Assembly: GCF_006345805.1 (NCBI RefSeq)
Contig: NC_043017.1
Span: 11,036,001-11,100,000 of the forward strand
Length of the DNA: 64,000 nt
Reading direction: 5' to 3'
DNA from: Octopus sinensis
Taxonomy: Eukaryota
Within the stretch, counting starts at the first letter, position 1; each line of letters opens with the position of its first letter. The translations under genes were made by a program, and so were the position numbers. Under the pieces are notes generated by a model. That model was not told the origin of the DNA. It searched no databases and saw only the letters and a list, made by a program, of their open reading frames with translations. Below, piece by piece: positions 12,004-25,343 of this stretch.

Positions 12004-13561
12004 TTAATCAACAATGCAAAGATGCATGTTGGCAGGACTTGAACCCAAAGTGTGTAAATACCACCGGGAATTATTATTCAGTGCTCTTACTACTCTCTCA
12101 ATTCACCACCTAACATCATTTGTGGCTTTTGTTTTTTTTTTGTCTTTGAAAACGAAGGGTGGAGGTTGTGATTTCAAATCTTAATTACAAGAGTCATTGG
12201 CTAAAAACAAAACAAAACAAAAATCCATAACATTCTATGAATACTAATTAGTCTTTGAACAGAAAGTATTCTTGAAACGAGGAAGTGCAATTTTATATTG
12301 GACATCACTGGAAATATCTTCTACTTCAGTCCTGGGTTGACCAATGCCTTGTGAATAAATATGGTAGATGGAAACTAAAAGAAGCCTGTCAAGTGTGTGT
12401 GTGTGTGTGCAAGTGTGTGTGCATGTGTGTGTGTGTGCATGCATGTGTGTGCATGCATGTGTGTGTGTGCGTGCATGCATGTGCATGCGTGTGTGTGTGT
12501 GTGTGTGTGTGTATACAGACAGACACATATACATATAAAAATTCGTTTTTTGGAACAGTGAATCTTGAAGTACATAAAGCTACACAAAAAGCAAGGAAAT
12601 GTATTTATAGCCCTGTGTGCTTTGAGATCCACTGTTCCAGCAAAAAAAAAAAAAAAAAAAAAAAAAAGATCATTTCACATACTCTCAGATATTTACAAAT
12701 TCTTATGACAACAAGAATGTGTGTGTGTGTCTCAATATTTCTCGAGTGCAGATTGCATTAAATAACCAGCTCTGGAGGAGTCGTCTTCCTCGAGTTAAAA
12801 ATGGTAGTAACCGTTGGTTTCTATGGAACCGAGGTGGCGAAGTGGTGACAAAAGTTTCCAAATTCTTATGTTCATGCATTTGTTTTGCAAGAATCCTGAG
12901 GTGAAATCATGTGTTGAAACAGATATTGATGTATTGCGAATGCATCACTTTTTTTTTTTCTTTTAAACAATAATAAAACTAAAATGAAGAATGAGTATAT
13001 AGCGAGTGTGTATATTTGCCCCCCCCCCACCCACAAAAAAATACAAATACATAAAAAACAAGACTATCCTGAAATAACAATTTCCAAATTATCTTTTAAA
13101 TTGTTAATTATTAACTATACATATATATTTACGTCTGTAATTGTCAAGCTGGGTGTAGAAGCAGAAATTAGATTTAGCATTATTCTAAAATTAATTGGGT
13201 TAAACTCATTAGGGAGAGAGAGAGGGAGAGAGAGAGAGAGAAAAAAGAGAGAGAGAGGGAGAGAAAGAAAGAGAGAGAGAGAGAGAACGCGCGCGTGCGT
13301 GTGTGTGTGTGTGTGCATTTAGTGTTTTGCAAGAAACGATTTTTAAACTCTTTTCAGAGCACAATTCTAATGAAATACATGGTCCATGCATGTCAAGAAA
13401 TTTTTTAAATAATCATTAATTTTAAGGGGTTTAGTCAGTCATTTTTTAAAGGCTTCACTACAATAAACTTCTGCAGTTTAAGCTTGCAGAGGTGCAGGTA
13501 TGACCCCAGGCAGGGTTTCAACCCCAGAACATGAAGCAAATTTCCTTGTTACTCTAATTAT

Positions 13562-14230
13562 TTATTTCTTTACTGCCCACAGGGGAAGGGCGGTAAACAT
13601 AGTGGGGACAAACAAGGACAGACAAAGGGAGTAAATTGATTACATTAACCCCAGTGTGTAACCGCTCCTTATTTAATTGACCCCAAAAGGATGAAAAGCA
13701 AAGTCGACCTCGGCAGCAGACGAAATACTGCTAAATAAGCATTTCACCCGGCGTGCTAAAGATTCTGCCACCCCACTGCCTTAATTATCGTGCTCTAATT
13801 ATTGTGCCAATTCACCACCCTAAAAATAATAATGGCTTCAAAATTTAGCCACAAGGGCAGCAATTTTGGGGAGGGGATGAATCGATTACATTGACTCCAG
13901 TGCTCAACTGGTACTTATTTTATCAACCCCAAAAGGATGAAAGGTAAAACTGATCTTGGTGGAATTTGAACTCAGAACGTAGCAGCAGACGAAATACCTA
14001 TTTCTTTACTACCCACAAGGGGCTAAACACAGAGAGGACAAACAAGGACAGCCAAATGGATTAAGTCGATTATATCGACCCCAGTGTGTAACTGATACTT
14101 ATTTAATCGACCCCGAAAGGATGAAAGGCAAAGTCGACCTCGGCTGGATTTGAACTCAGAACATAGCGGCAGACGAAATACCACTAAGCATTTCATCCAG
14201 TGTGCTAAGGATTCTGCCAGCTTGCCACTT
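13562..14230 (-). mobile_element. Cluster of three tandem or nested family C SINEs
   Basis: Three successive Meta-like domains; junction GACGAAATACC|TATTTCTTTACTACCC near 14000. Confidence 0.85.
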
Positions 14231-14255
14231 TAATAATAATGATAATAATAATAAG

Positions 14256-14608
14256 TGACTCTCATGGCTTCTGATCTTAACTGATTGGAAGTGTTATCAT
14301 GTACATTGTTTTGTTTTGGTATAAAAGATGGGCTACAGCAAATATTCTGCTCCATACCACAGATTTGTTGGTCAGTTGTTTGACCATAACCAGTTGAGCA
14401 TGTCCCTTAGTGGCAGATGATATGTGCATCTCTGATCACGAGCAGAAGTAGTGGAGGAGCATCATAGCCATGTGTTGAGAGAAATTCTTTGGGGTTTGAA
14501 TAATTCACCTTTGGAAACATGGGTGTTTCACTCAACATCCTTAAACAACCCTAATTCAGGGACCTTTTGAGTGGGATGGGTTACTCAATCTGAAGAAAAT
14601 ACTAACTG
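14256..14608. mobile_element. Unclassified interspersed-repeat-like segment, possibly a LINE 5' region
   Basis: Complex sequence abutting an (ATA)n tract between SINEs; no convincing ORF or splice sites. Confidence 0.35.
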
Positions 14609-14782
14609 TTCAGGGTTGAGGGGGTAAGTTGATTACATAGATCCCAGTATGCAACTGGTACTTATTTTACTGACCCTGAAAGGATGGAAGGCAAAGTCAA
14701 CCCCAGCGGAATTTGAACTCAGAATGTAAAGACAGATGAAATGCTGTTATTTTGTACTAATGGTTCTGCCAGCTCACTGCCT

Positions 14783-14815
14783 TTAATGATGATGATAATA
14801 ATGATGATGATAATA

Positions 14816-14846
<31 letters not shown>

Positions 14847-15155
14847 TAATAATGATAATCATCATCATCATCATCATCATTTAACGTCCGCTTTCCATGC
14901 TGGCATGGGTTGGACGGTTCAACTGGGGTCTGGGAAGCCAGAAGGCTGCACCAGGCCCAGTCTGATCTGGCAGTGTTTCTACAGCTGGATGCCCTTCCTA
15001 ACGCCATAATAATAATAAAAATAATAATGATGATAATAATAATAATGATAATAATAATAATAATAATGATAATAATAATAATGATAATAATAATGATAAT
15101 AATAATAATGATAATAATAATAATGATAATAATGATAATGATAATAATAATAATA
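14783..15155. repeat. (ATA/ATG)n microsatellite containing a truncated minus-strand family B element (14860-15006)
   Basis: Direct inspection. Confidence 0.9.
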
Positions 15156-16464
15156 GAAACTTGAGTATTTTTGGAAATAGAGATAATGGACTAGTTATGT
15201 ACAACATGAGCGCTTTTAGTGAAGAGATATAATCTGGCAGTCGTTGTTTATAAAGCTTTGTGCACGATAGAAAATTTATTCAAATGTAAATAAGTATTTG
15301 TATAAAAATGTAAAGATAAAACAATTAATTTTAAAAGTATAAAAAAAATAATCGCCTCTTGTGTTTCATTTAAAATAAATGTTATTAAAAACAAAACATA
15401 CTAAAGACAAAAAAGAAAAAAGGATATTTAAATAGATTGTGCAACAAGTTCTGTTAAGTGAGTGTTTGTAGTTTGCTGAAATTTAAGAGTATTTTGCAAC
15501 AAGTTTAGTTTGGTGAGCTTCTTACGTATCCAGACAAGACGAAGACAATAACAAAAACAACCTATTAAGAAATGCACAGTGTGTAGTGTGTGTGTGTATA
15601 TCATCATTTAATGTCTATATTCGATGCTGGCACGGGTTGGATGGTTTGACAGGATGCAATGGGTCCAAGGACGGTATCGTGCTCCAATGTCTGCTTTGGT
15701 ATGGTTTTGCTATGGCTGGATGCCCTTCCTAATGGCAACCACTTAAGTGTGTGTGCTGGGTGCTGCTTTTTCCAGACCACCAACACCATTGAGGGCTCCA
15801 TGCAGTTTGCAAGACTGTGAACCCTGAGTGGGAAGGAGTACCTTAATCCTCAAAGAATAAAGAGATAGAAAGGGGCAGAGTATGAGAGAGAAGGGTCAGA
15901 GCAGAACAGAAGAGCTACAGAGGACTTCAGAGGCAGGTGGAAGGGAACTAGGGTTGGAAGGTGATAGAAGGGTGGTGACGTGTCAACTGCCAACAATTTT
16001 GCCACTTTTGAAGATTAGGTACATTAATTTGAATTAATTAAAATACAGGTGTAATCCGTACAAGATTTTTTTTCTTTCTCTATATTTCATTCAAATAAAG
16101 TACAAAACTCTTTTACTAGTCAATGTACCTCCACTATTTCTTCTCAGGTCGTCCAACTGAATAGTATGCCTGATACTAGTTGGATCTGTCAACCCCACCC
16201 ATATATTTATTATGGCAAATATTAACTAAGGGTTTCCCCTCAGCACCAACACCAGGTTGTTCATTAGTAGACAGAAATTAAATCTGTCTTTTGTCTTTCT
16301 ATAAAGTTGCTAACAAATTTTGTTTTTGCATTTGTAGAATGTCCCCTCTTTTTAAAAATGTTGTTTTCATTTCACACAATAAACCTTTGTGGTTGCCCAT
16401 AATAATGCTGCCAGAACACAGGTAAAATGTTCTGCTATAGCCCATGAAGAACAAAAAAAAAAAA

Positions 16465-16858
16465 AGTGGCTGTGTGGTAAGTAGCTTGCTAACCAACCAC
16501 ATGGTTCCGGGTTCAGTCCCACTGCGTGGCATCTTGGGCAAGTGTGTTCTGCTATAGCCCCGGGCCGACCAATGCCTTGTGAGTGGATTTGGTAGACGGA
16601 AACTGAAAAGAAGCCTGTCATATATATGTATATATATATATATGTGTGTGTTTGTGTGTCTGTGTTTGTTCCCCTAGCATTGCTTGACAACCGATGCTGG
16701 TGTGCTTACGTTCCCGTCACTTAGCGGTTTGCCAAAAGAGACCGATAGAATAAGTACTGGGCTTACAAAGAATAAGTCCCGGGGTCGATTTGCTCGACTA
16801 AAGGCAGTGCTCCAGCATGGCCGCAGTCAAATGACTGAAACAAGTAAAAGAATAAAGA
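16465..16858 (+). mobile_element. Family A SINE
   Basis: Near-complete family match with (GA)n-like tail. Confidence 0.9.
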
Positions 16859-17530
16859 GAGAGAGAGGTCAAAATAGAAGTGTCGGTGTTGATGGCATAT
16901 GATGTAGTATGGTCTTTAACTGAGCCATTTCACCAACCCATATGGTCTGTTTCCACTATATTTTTTACCTATATTGACATCAAAGTTCACACGATATCTT
17001 GTGTCTGAGTCACAGACTTCCCAAATAGACAGAAATTGCCATTTATGTATACAGACACACATGCACGCAAGCACATGCTCTCTCTCTCTCTCACACACTC
17101 ACACACACACACACACACACACCACACACACACACATTCATAGTATTATGAATTCTTGATTGAAAAGGTTATATAAACTGTTATTATATGTTATATATGT
17201 TATTTTTCACAGAGAATTAGTAGGATGTATGTATGTTTGTATGTATGCATACATGTATGTATAAAGGCAGATGTATGATAGAATGGTCAAACAATGTTTT
17301 GCCTAAAAATGTATCTGTTTATTAAAACCTCAAGATTTAGTGAACTATAGTAATGTAAATAGGCAGATTAAACTAAATCTACATCTAAAACATGAATAAT
17401 TTTACACACGCATACATATTTACTTTGGAAACCGAAATATTTTTCCAGGCAAGTAACAAAGAAAACATCTATATGTAATGATAATTTGAAACTTAATAAA
17501 GAAAGAAAAAAAATAACGAAATTATGACTA

Positions 17531-18791
17531 CTGTGTCATCCCATAAATAATGTGGATTTTTCATGGGATAAACTACCCGCATCAACTTGCTATAGAAGCA
17601 TGTAGTAAGTTTACCTTGTCCTTATTCTTAGTTTAAAGTTTGAAGAGTGCAGTTCGATTTTAACAGTTATTTTTTCAAAGTTATAATAGAAGTGACAAAG
17701 GAGCATATTCAGCATATTTTGCTTTATGAGTTCAATAAAGGCAACAATGCAACAGAAAGTGTGAGGAATATTGATGCAGTATATGGGCGATTGGACAATA
17801 AGTATAAGCCAGTACCAACAATGATTCCAGAAATTCCGAGCCGGAAACTACAGCCTAGAAGACAAGCCTCATTCTGTAAGATAAGTAGAGCTCAACAAGG
17901 ATGTCCTGCAAACCCTGGTGGAACAAAATCCCATTGTAGCTGTTGAGGAACTAGCAGAGAAGCTTGCATTTGGTCATTCAACCATTCATTAGCACCTGCA
18001 TTCCATTGGAAAAGTCAGCAAATTGGATCAATGGGTTCCTCACCAAATTTCCAAGCCTAATCACACAGAAAGAGTGAATGTGTGCTCTTCTTTGCTGTCA
18101 CGTCTCACGAATGAACCTTACTTGGACTGAATAGTGCCTGGTGACAAGATATGGATTCTCTATAAAAATGTCAAGTGCCGAAGACAGTGGGTAGGGAAAG
18201 GGAGAAATATTGGCACCCCAGGCTAAAGAAGGTCTTCACCCATGTAAAGTGTTGTTATCTGTTTGGTGGGATATGAAAGCTTTAGTCCACTTTCAACTTT
18301 TAAACCCAAACCAAATGATAACAAAGGGGATCTACTGTGAGCAGCTTGAACGGCTTAAGTCAGCACTAGAAGAAAAACGACCATCTTTGGTTTCAAGACA
18401 AAAGTTGTTCTTCCATCAGGATAATCCTTGGCCACATACAGTGAGGATGACATTCGAAAGGCTGGAGCAGTTGGAATGGGAAACGATGTCCCACCCACCA
18501 TATTCACCAGACATTGCCCCATCTGATTATCGTTTGTTCTGCAGTCTTCAAAATCATTTTGATTGGAAAAAATATCAATTCTGCAGACGAGGTCAGAACC
18601 ATACTGGAGGAATATTTTTCGTCATGGACAAGTGAATTTTGGAAGAGGGGTTATGCAAGTCTACCAGATTAGATGGAAGAGCATTGTGGAAAATGAAGAG
18701 TATACTTTAGATTAAAAAAGAACTTTGTTTATCTTAATTTTGAAAAATAAGATGTATAAAAAAAAACTGCATTATTTATGGGATAACCCAA
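17531..18791 (+). mobile_element. Full-length (~1.26 kb) decayed mariner transposon
   Basis: TIRs TA|CTGTGTCATCCCATAAATAATG and CATTATTTATGGGATAACCCAA; transposase motifs inside. Confidence 0.95.
17685..18714 (+). pseudogene. Mariner DD34D transposase pseudogene
   Basis: EHIQHILLYEFNKG HTH start, WVPHQ, IVPGDKIW, KVLLSVWWD, FHQDNPWPH, HPPYSPDIAPSDY; several frameshifts and stops. Confidence 0.93.
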
Positions 18792-19817
18792 TGCAAATAA
18801 TAAAAATAATCCTTTCTATTATAGGCAAAAGGCCTGAAATTCTGTTGGATGGGGCTAGTCAATTACATTGACCCCTGTGCTCAATTGATACTTATCTCTC
18901 AGGCCCCTGACAAAAATTAGTATTTCCTGGACAGACTGGTATCCCAACCAGGGTGAGAAATATATGCATCGACCCTATGAGTCAATATGAGTCAGGAAGG
19001 GTATTACCTTGAAGCATGTGGTCTGAGAGTCCAAATGAGTCTGCCAAGTTAGCCATGGCAGAATTTAATCATCTGTTGACTCTGGGTGACAACAAGAATA
19101 CCAACAACAGCAGCTGTATTAGTAGCAGTAGTAATAGCAGTTTTAACAGAATTGTAGTAGCAGTAGTAAAAGTAGTAGCAGCAACAACAGCAGCAACTGT
19201 GGTAGCAGTAATAGTAGTAGTGGCCATAATAGCAACAGCGGTAGTAAGACTTCAGTTTTAATTTGTAAAGCTAAACCAGACTCGTTAGAAAATGCCCCAC
19301 CCTCCCGCACCTCCACTCTTCCGGAAACAATCAATTAAAAACTAAGAGCTGCAACATAAAACCATGTGTCCTTCCCACAAAATAAAGAACTTAAAACCAT
19401 CCAGCTGAAGCGCATGTGTGTATATGTGTGCATGCATGTGTGTGTGTGTGTGGTGTGTGTGTGTGTGATTAATTAACTTGAATAGAGAGAGAGAGAGAGA
19501 GAGAGATATGGTTGATATTTTAATTACTAAAATGAACTGCTACTCAATTTGCTTCCTACGACTGCCACAACAATGAAAGATGTTAGCAAGAAATTTGATT
19601 CGCATGCATTTACTTTCTGAGTATTTAAATATGACTGAGAGGTACACATATGTTTCAAAGAGCTCAGCAGATTGACTCAGCTGAAAATGGGACACCAATT
19701 ACTAGGGCTGATGGCTGTGCCTTTGCTATTTAGCCCCAGTTAAGTCAGGTTAGTCCTGAGGCATCAAACCATAGATCAAAGGTGTTCTAGCCAGGACTAT
19801 CCCATTTTTTTTTTTTA

Positions 19818-20205
19818 TGTGGCTGTGTGGTAAGTAGCTTGCTTTTGAACCACATGGTTCCGGGTTCAGTCCCACTGCATGGCACCTTGGGCAAGTGTCT
19901 TCTGCTATAACATCGGGCCGACCAAAGCCTTGTGAGTGGATTTGGTAGACGGAAACTAAAAGAAACCCGTCGTATATATGTATATATATATGTATGTGTG
20001 TGTGTATGTCTGTGTTTGTCCCCCCAACATTGCTAGACAACCGATGCTGGTGTGTTTACATCCCCGTAACTTAGCGGTTTGGCAAAAGAGACCGATAGAA
20101 TAAGTACTAGGCTTACAAAGAATAAGTCCTGGAGTCGATTTGTTCGACTAAAGGCGGTGCTCCAGCATGGTTACAGTCAATGACTGAAACAAGTAAAAGA
20201 GTAAA
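19818..20205 (+). mobile_element. Family A SINE
   Basis: Family match from head to tail. Confidence 0.9.
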
Positions 20206-20214
20206 AAAGAGTAT

Positions 20215-20410
20215 ACTCATGCACTCATTCATACATACATCTTTTGCACCCATTATTCCTGGGAGGGTCATGGAGGGAGAGTCCTCAAGCACCTGCTCCA
20301 TGAGAGGAGTCCTATCAGGTGCAAATGTCATTAGACTTTTAGGTTGGATTCCAAAGCATGACCAATGGAGACTATGGATGTCATCCAGCCATCTCATTCT
20401 TAGACTTCTC
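20215..20410 (-). mobile_element. RTE-clade (Rex3/Expander-like) LINE 3' end; smaller homologous piece at about 21015-21085
   Basis: RMRWLDDIHSLHWSCFGIQPKSL resembles the RTRWRDYISxLAWERLGIPP C-terminus; (GAAT/GTAT)n tail. Confidence 0.7.
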
Positions 20411-20414
20411 TTAA

Positions 20415-20625
20415 CCCTTTAGCATTTAATCCGGCCCAAATATTCCACCTGTTTTATGTTAAAACTGTCTGGATCCAACCTCTCACACCTACCCTACAAT
20501 GTCATTTTTAAAATATATAGCCACACCATTTAAATTTTGAGGTTGCAAAATAATATGTGATTAATTCAAAACAGTAGGAATTAAATAAGCAATAAATTTC
20601 ACAAAGAAATCTGAATGCTTAAGGG
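20415..20625. mobile_element. piggyBac-like MITE
   Basis: TTAA|CCCTTTAGCATT ... AATGCTTAAGGG|TTAA. Confidence 0.85.
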
Positions 20626-21439
20626 TTAAATCTCCTCTCAGCTGGTTTGGTTTGAAGAATCCAATTTGCGATTCTTCCCTGTGGTAGTCTAACCACACGT
20701 TTATAGTTCTGGAGCTGTGATCCCTCAATCTAGAGAAGTAGCAGCTCAACTCAGAAAGACTCCCTGATCTTTGAGCTACACACTCTGTCAAAAAACACTG
20801 CTCCAGAGATCCTTCGGAGGAACCCCCATTTTGGCTGCTTGTATTTGCAATTGGACTCTTTCGGTTACTAAGCAGCATTCATGCCCACAAGTGAGTTTAA
20901 AGTGGGACCACTAACTGGTAGTATTGACAGCACAGTTGCCATTTAGCTCCACTTTAGTTAAGGCCTGATCCCAGCCAACCATGTTCCAGCCATGGCCATC
21001 CTGTCTTTTAGACATCCATTTATTTTTGCTACCCATTATTCCTGAGAGGATCGTGGGGACAGAGTTCTCAGGCACCTTCCCCATAAATAAACAAACACTA
21101 GGGTCAACCTGTTTGATTAAGTCCTTCAAGGTGATGCCCCAGAATGGCCATAGTCTGGTGATTGAAACAGCTAAAAGAAAAGATTGTGTCTTGGAATCAA
21201 TTCAAGCTGACATTACTTTAATGATATTCATCTTTTATAGAATTCTTATATTTTAGCTATAAAAAGAAAAGAAGACAATTTGAAATTGTCAATATGATCT
21301 GACTTTTAATCAAAGAATTTTAATAGGAAAAAAAATATTAATTTAAATTGTAAGATTGTCAAAGTATCCTGATATGTTTATAACTAATTAGATGGAGAAT
21401 TAATGCTTTTCTGATCTTCTTTCATGAAGTTTGTTGAGT

Positions 21440-21700
21440 GTTTATACAGATGTATTCCTTTGTTGTCCTGCTGAAGTGTAATAAGCAGGAAGAAGAGATA
21501 AAGCGCTATTAGAAAAGATGGGAAAGATGAAAAGCATAGTTATGCTTGGTGAGGGGTGGTGGAGACTGACAGCAGGAGCATGAAAGAGTACTCTTGAGAG
21601 AGGGGGCCAAGTGCAGCTCGTTTTAGAGACTAAAGTTCTCAAGAAATTTTACTTGTTACACCATTCATGTATGAACGGAAATATCTAAACTGTGTGTAGT
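21440..21700 (-). mobile_element. Highly degenerate CR1/Jockey-like LINE 3' fragment
   Basis: Broken reverse translation (FRSYMNG...HAPAVSL...FP...LLP) loosely fits the ORF2 C-terminal pattern. Confidence 0.35.
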
Positions 21701-21749
21701 AAACTCCACGGAATTTTACTTCGTGTCTTAGCATAAATCATTATCATTG

Positions 21750-22088
21750 TCAGCTGTGATACCAGTGCCGGTGGCACGTAAGTGAACCATCCGAACGTGG
21801 CCGTAACCAGCGCGGCCCTGACTGGCTTCCGTGCTGGTGGCACGTAAAAAGCACCATCTGATCATGGACGTTTGCTAGCCTCGTCTGGCACCTGTGCTGG
21901 TGGCACATAAAAAGCACCCACTACACTCACGGAGTGGTTGGCATTAGGAAGGGCATCCAGCTATAGAAACACTGCCAGATCAGACTGGGCCTGGTGCAGC
22001 CTTCTGGCTTCCCAGACCCCAGTTGAACCGTCCAACCCATGCCAGCATGGAAAGCGGACATTAAACGATGATGATGATGATGATGATG
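21750..22088 (+). mobile_element. Family B element with three ~60-bp hairpin units and (GAT)n tail
   Basis: GTGCYGGTGGCAC-RTAA-type unit three times, then GGAAGGGCATCC and terminal stem-loop. Confidence 0.9.
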
Positions 22089-23684
22089 TTGATTCATTTT
22101 TTCATGCAAGCATGGATCAGATGGAATTTGTTAAGGGAGATTTTCTCTGGCAGGTTGCCTTTCCTGCTGCAAACCCTGACCTGTTTCCAAGTAAGGTAAT
22201 ATTTTCTAAATGCTATGTTTTTTCACAGAAGTCTCTCTGGAAACAAGCAGCTTCTCTCTTCCATAACGGTAATGTCCGTTTACATCCATCATGTTGTGTT
22301 TAGACAAAAGTACACAAAAACACACATATGAAAGGCTTCTTTCAGTTTCTATTTACAAAACCTGCTCGCAGGGCTTTGGTTAGCCTGGGGCTATAGTAAA
22401 AGTCATGCACCCAAGGTACTGCATAGTAGGACTGAACCTGAGACCACATGGTTTGGGAAGCAAGCTTCTTAACCACATAGCCACACTTCCATATGAATAA
22501 TATCTGTGTGAACTGGTGGTGTTTTTGACAAAGCAGGCTCACCAGCAATTTGATACAATTATAGAGAAATCATCAACAATTACAGGTACAGGCATGGCTG
22601 TGTGGTAAGAAGCTTGCTTTCCCATCACATGGCACTGTGTTCAGTCCCACTGCATGGGACCTTGGGCAAGTGTTTTCTACTACAGCATTGGGCCAACCAA
22701 AGCCTTGAGTGGATTTGGTAGATGGAAACTGAAAGAAGCCAGTTATGTATATATACATATGTATGTGTGTGTTTGTTGCCAACACTTGACAACTGGCATT
22801 AGTGTGTTTACGCCCCTGTAACTTAGTGGTTCAGCAAAATAGACTAATAGAATAAGTACCAGGCTTAAAAAGAAAAAAAAATATTGAGGGTGATTCATTT
22901 GATTAAAAATTATTCAAAGCCATGCTCCAGCATGGCTGCAGTCTAATGACTGAAATAAGTAAAAGATAAAGGAATTAAATAAGTTTTATTGTTTTAACCT
23001 CAATAAAATAGAACAATTTAAATAAAACCTTTCCTCACATTTCATTCTCTTTGGATCCAATCCTTCAAAATATTATCAATAAAAATTTAATTATTCTTAC
23101 TAATGCAAAGCCAACATCAAATATATGGAATGTATGTTATGACAATGCAGTTATTAAAACAACAGTTTCAGCTTATTTCTTTTAGAAGACCATTTTTGAC
23201 AGCATGGGTATACTAATATACATCGACATATCTATATAAACAAACATTTGTTACCACGATTAACTACGTTGAGAAATGTTACTGAATTAGTTCTTAATAT
23301 TTATGGCTTTGGCAGCTTAAAATATATTTAATAATTGTGGTTTTGCAAGCTATGTAGTGCTAAAGCACAACAAATTTACACACAAACACACACATACAAC
23401 TATATATAAACATATATACAAACACATACATAGATTTACACACACATAACACATAGCTACACATACACAAACGCACACTAAATGATGATGAATGATAATA
23501 TATATGCGCCCACATATATACACACACATACGTATGTTTATATAAAACTTGTGATAAATATTCCGGATATTCTTTCTGTGGTTCATTCTTCTCATTTGTT
23601 TAATTCTCATAGACATAAAAGTCATAGCCCTGATAACTTGTTGAGTTGTTGTACACTCACGGTGGAGAAATATTTTGCTGAGAT

Positions 23685-24150
23685 GAGCTACATGGCATTG
23701 AAACATGGGCTGTGACTGCTGAGGATATGCATAAGCTCGCAAGGAATGAAGCTAGTATGATCCAACGGATGTGTAATGTCAGTGTGCATACTCGACAGAG
23801 TGTAAGCACCTTGAGAGAAAAGTTGGGCATAAGAAGCATCAGATGTGGTGTGCAAGAGAGACGTTTGCACTGGTATGGTCATGTGGCGAGAATGAATGAG
23901 GATAGCTTTGTGAAAAAGTGTCACACCCTAGCAGTTGAGGGAAACTGTGGAAGAGGTAGACCCAGGAAGACCTAGGATGAAGTGGTGAAGCACAACCTTC
24001 GAACTTTAGGCCTCACCAAGGAAATGACAAGTGACTGAGACTTTTGGAAATATGCTGTGCTTGAGAAGACCCGGCAAGCGAAATGAGACCATAATTGCAT
24101 GGCCTATGCCAGGGGCGTAACCAGCCCACTTATGCGTACCTTTTCCTTCT
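23685..24150 (+). mobile_element. RTE LINE ORF 3' fragment (family B parent lineage)
   Basis: HGIETWAVTAEDMHKLARNEASM...ERRLHWYGHVARM...GRGRPRKT*DEVV. Confidence 0.9.
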
Positions 24151-24914
24151 TTGGAATTTGAACTCAAAAGACAGATGGAATGCTGTTAAACATTTCTGCC
24201 AGTTTTCCATCTTTTAATAATAATAATCCTTTCTGCTATAGGTACAAGGCCTGAAATTTGGGTGGGAAGGGGGGGGGCAGTCGATTAGATTGATTCTAGT
24301 ACGCAACTGGTACTTAATTGATCCCGAATGGATGAAAGGCAGAGTCGACCTCAGTAGAATTTGAACTCAGAATGTAAAGACAGACGAAATCCTGCTAAGT
24401 ATTTCGCTCTGTGTGCTAACGATTCGGCCAGCTCACCGTGTTATTATAATGATAATGATAATAATAACAATCATCATGATAAACGTTTAAGGCACTAAAC
24501 CAGCAGATATGTTAATGTGTTGAGAAAAATACTTTAGCCAACATTTCTCCCAGCTCTTTACGTTCTGGGTTCAAATTCCACTGCAGTTAACTTTACCTTT
24601 CATCTTTTCGGAGCGAATAGAATAAGTACCAGTTAAGCCCTCGGGTCAATGTAACTGACTGTTCCCTCTTCTCAAACAATCATTAATATTATTTATTAAG
24701 GCAATGAGATGATCGAATCATTAGCACTCAGGCTAAATACTTTGCACCATTTTGTCAATCTTTATGTTCTGAGTTCAAATCCTACCTAGATTGATTTTGC
24801 ATTTCATCTTTTCTGGGCCAATGAAACGAGTACCTGTTAAGTACTGGGGTTCATGGAATCGACTAGTCCCCTCCCCCAAAAATTCAGGCAATGTTCCTTT
24901 CGTAGCACAAAATG

Positions 24915-25343
24915 GGGATCTTTTCGGTTTGAACGGCAGTTTTTAAAAATAATTTCCACGTAACTAAACACTTTCAAACTTCGTATACTGGTAGAATGTG
25001 TTTATAAGACATCTTTTTCTCTTGGCATTATTGAGAAAATTCTATAGTTTGTAAGATATTTGTTGTTCTTTTTCTTTAATTTCTGCAATTTCAACCAATC
25101 AATGACCTCTATTGAGGTAAAAAAAATCATTCTGTGCCATATGAATATGTCCCTAGTTTAAGAAACAGATTGGGTTTATTTACATTTCTGAAGAAAAAAG
25201 ATACCCTTCCCCACCCCTAACCCTAACTAACCCTAACCCTAAAACAGATTGAAATGCAATAGATCGATACTAGGGTCATAATTATGGGTGACAATTTCAT
25301 ATGACACCCTAGAAAAAACTGCCGTTCAAACTGAAAAGATCCC
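24915..25343. mobile_element. Non-autonomous DNA transposon with ~30-bp TIRs, 6-bp TSD and internal CCCTAA repeats
   Basis: AAAATG|GGGATCTTTTCGGTTTGAACGGCAGTTTTT ... AAAAACTGCCGTTCAAACTGAAAAGATCCC|AAAATG. Confidence 0.9.

Noticed and set aside
23661-23677. 17-nt minus-strand microexon (ctcAG...GTGAGT)
   Set aside because: Short pyrimidine tract abutting an RTE fragment; such matches are expected by chance in 64 kb
25215-25242. Chromosome end or fusion scar
   Set aside because: Only four CCCTAA units, enclosed within a TIR element
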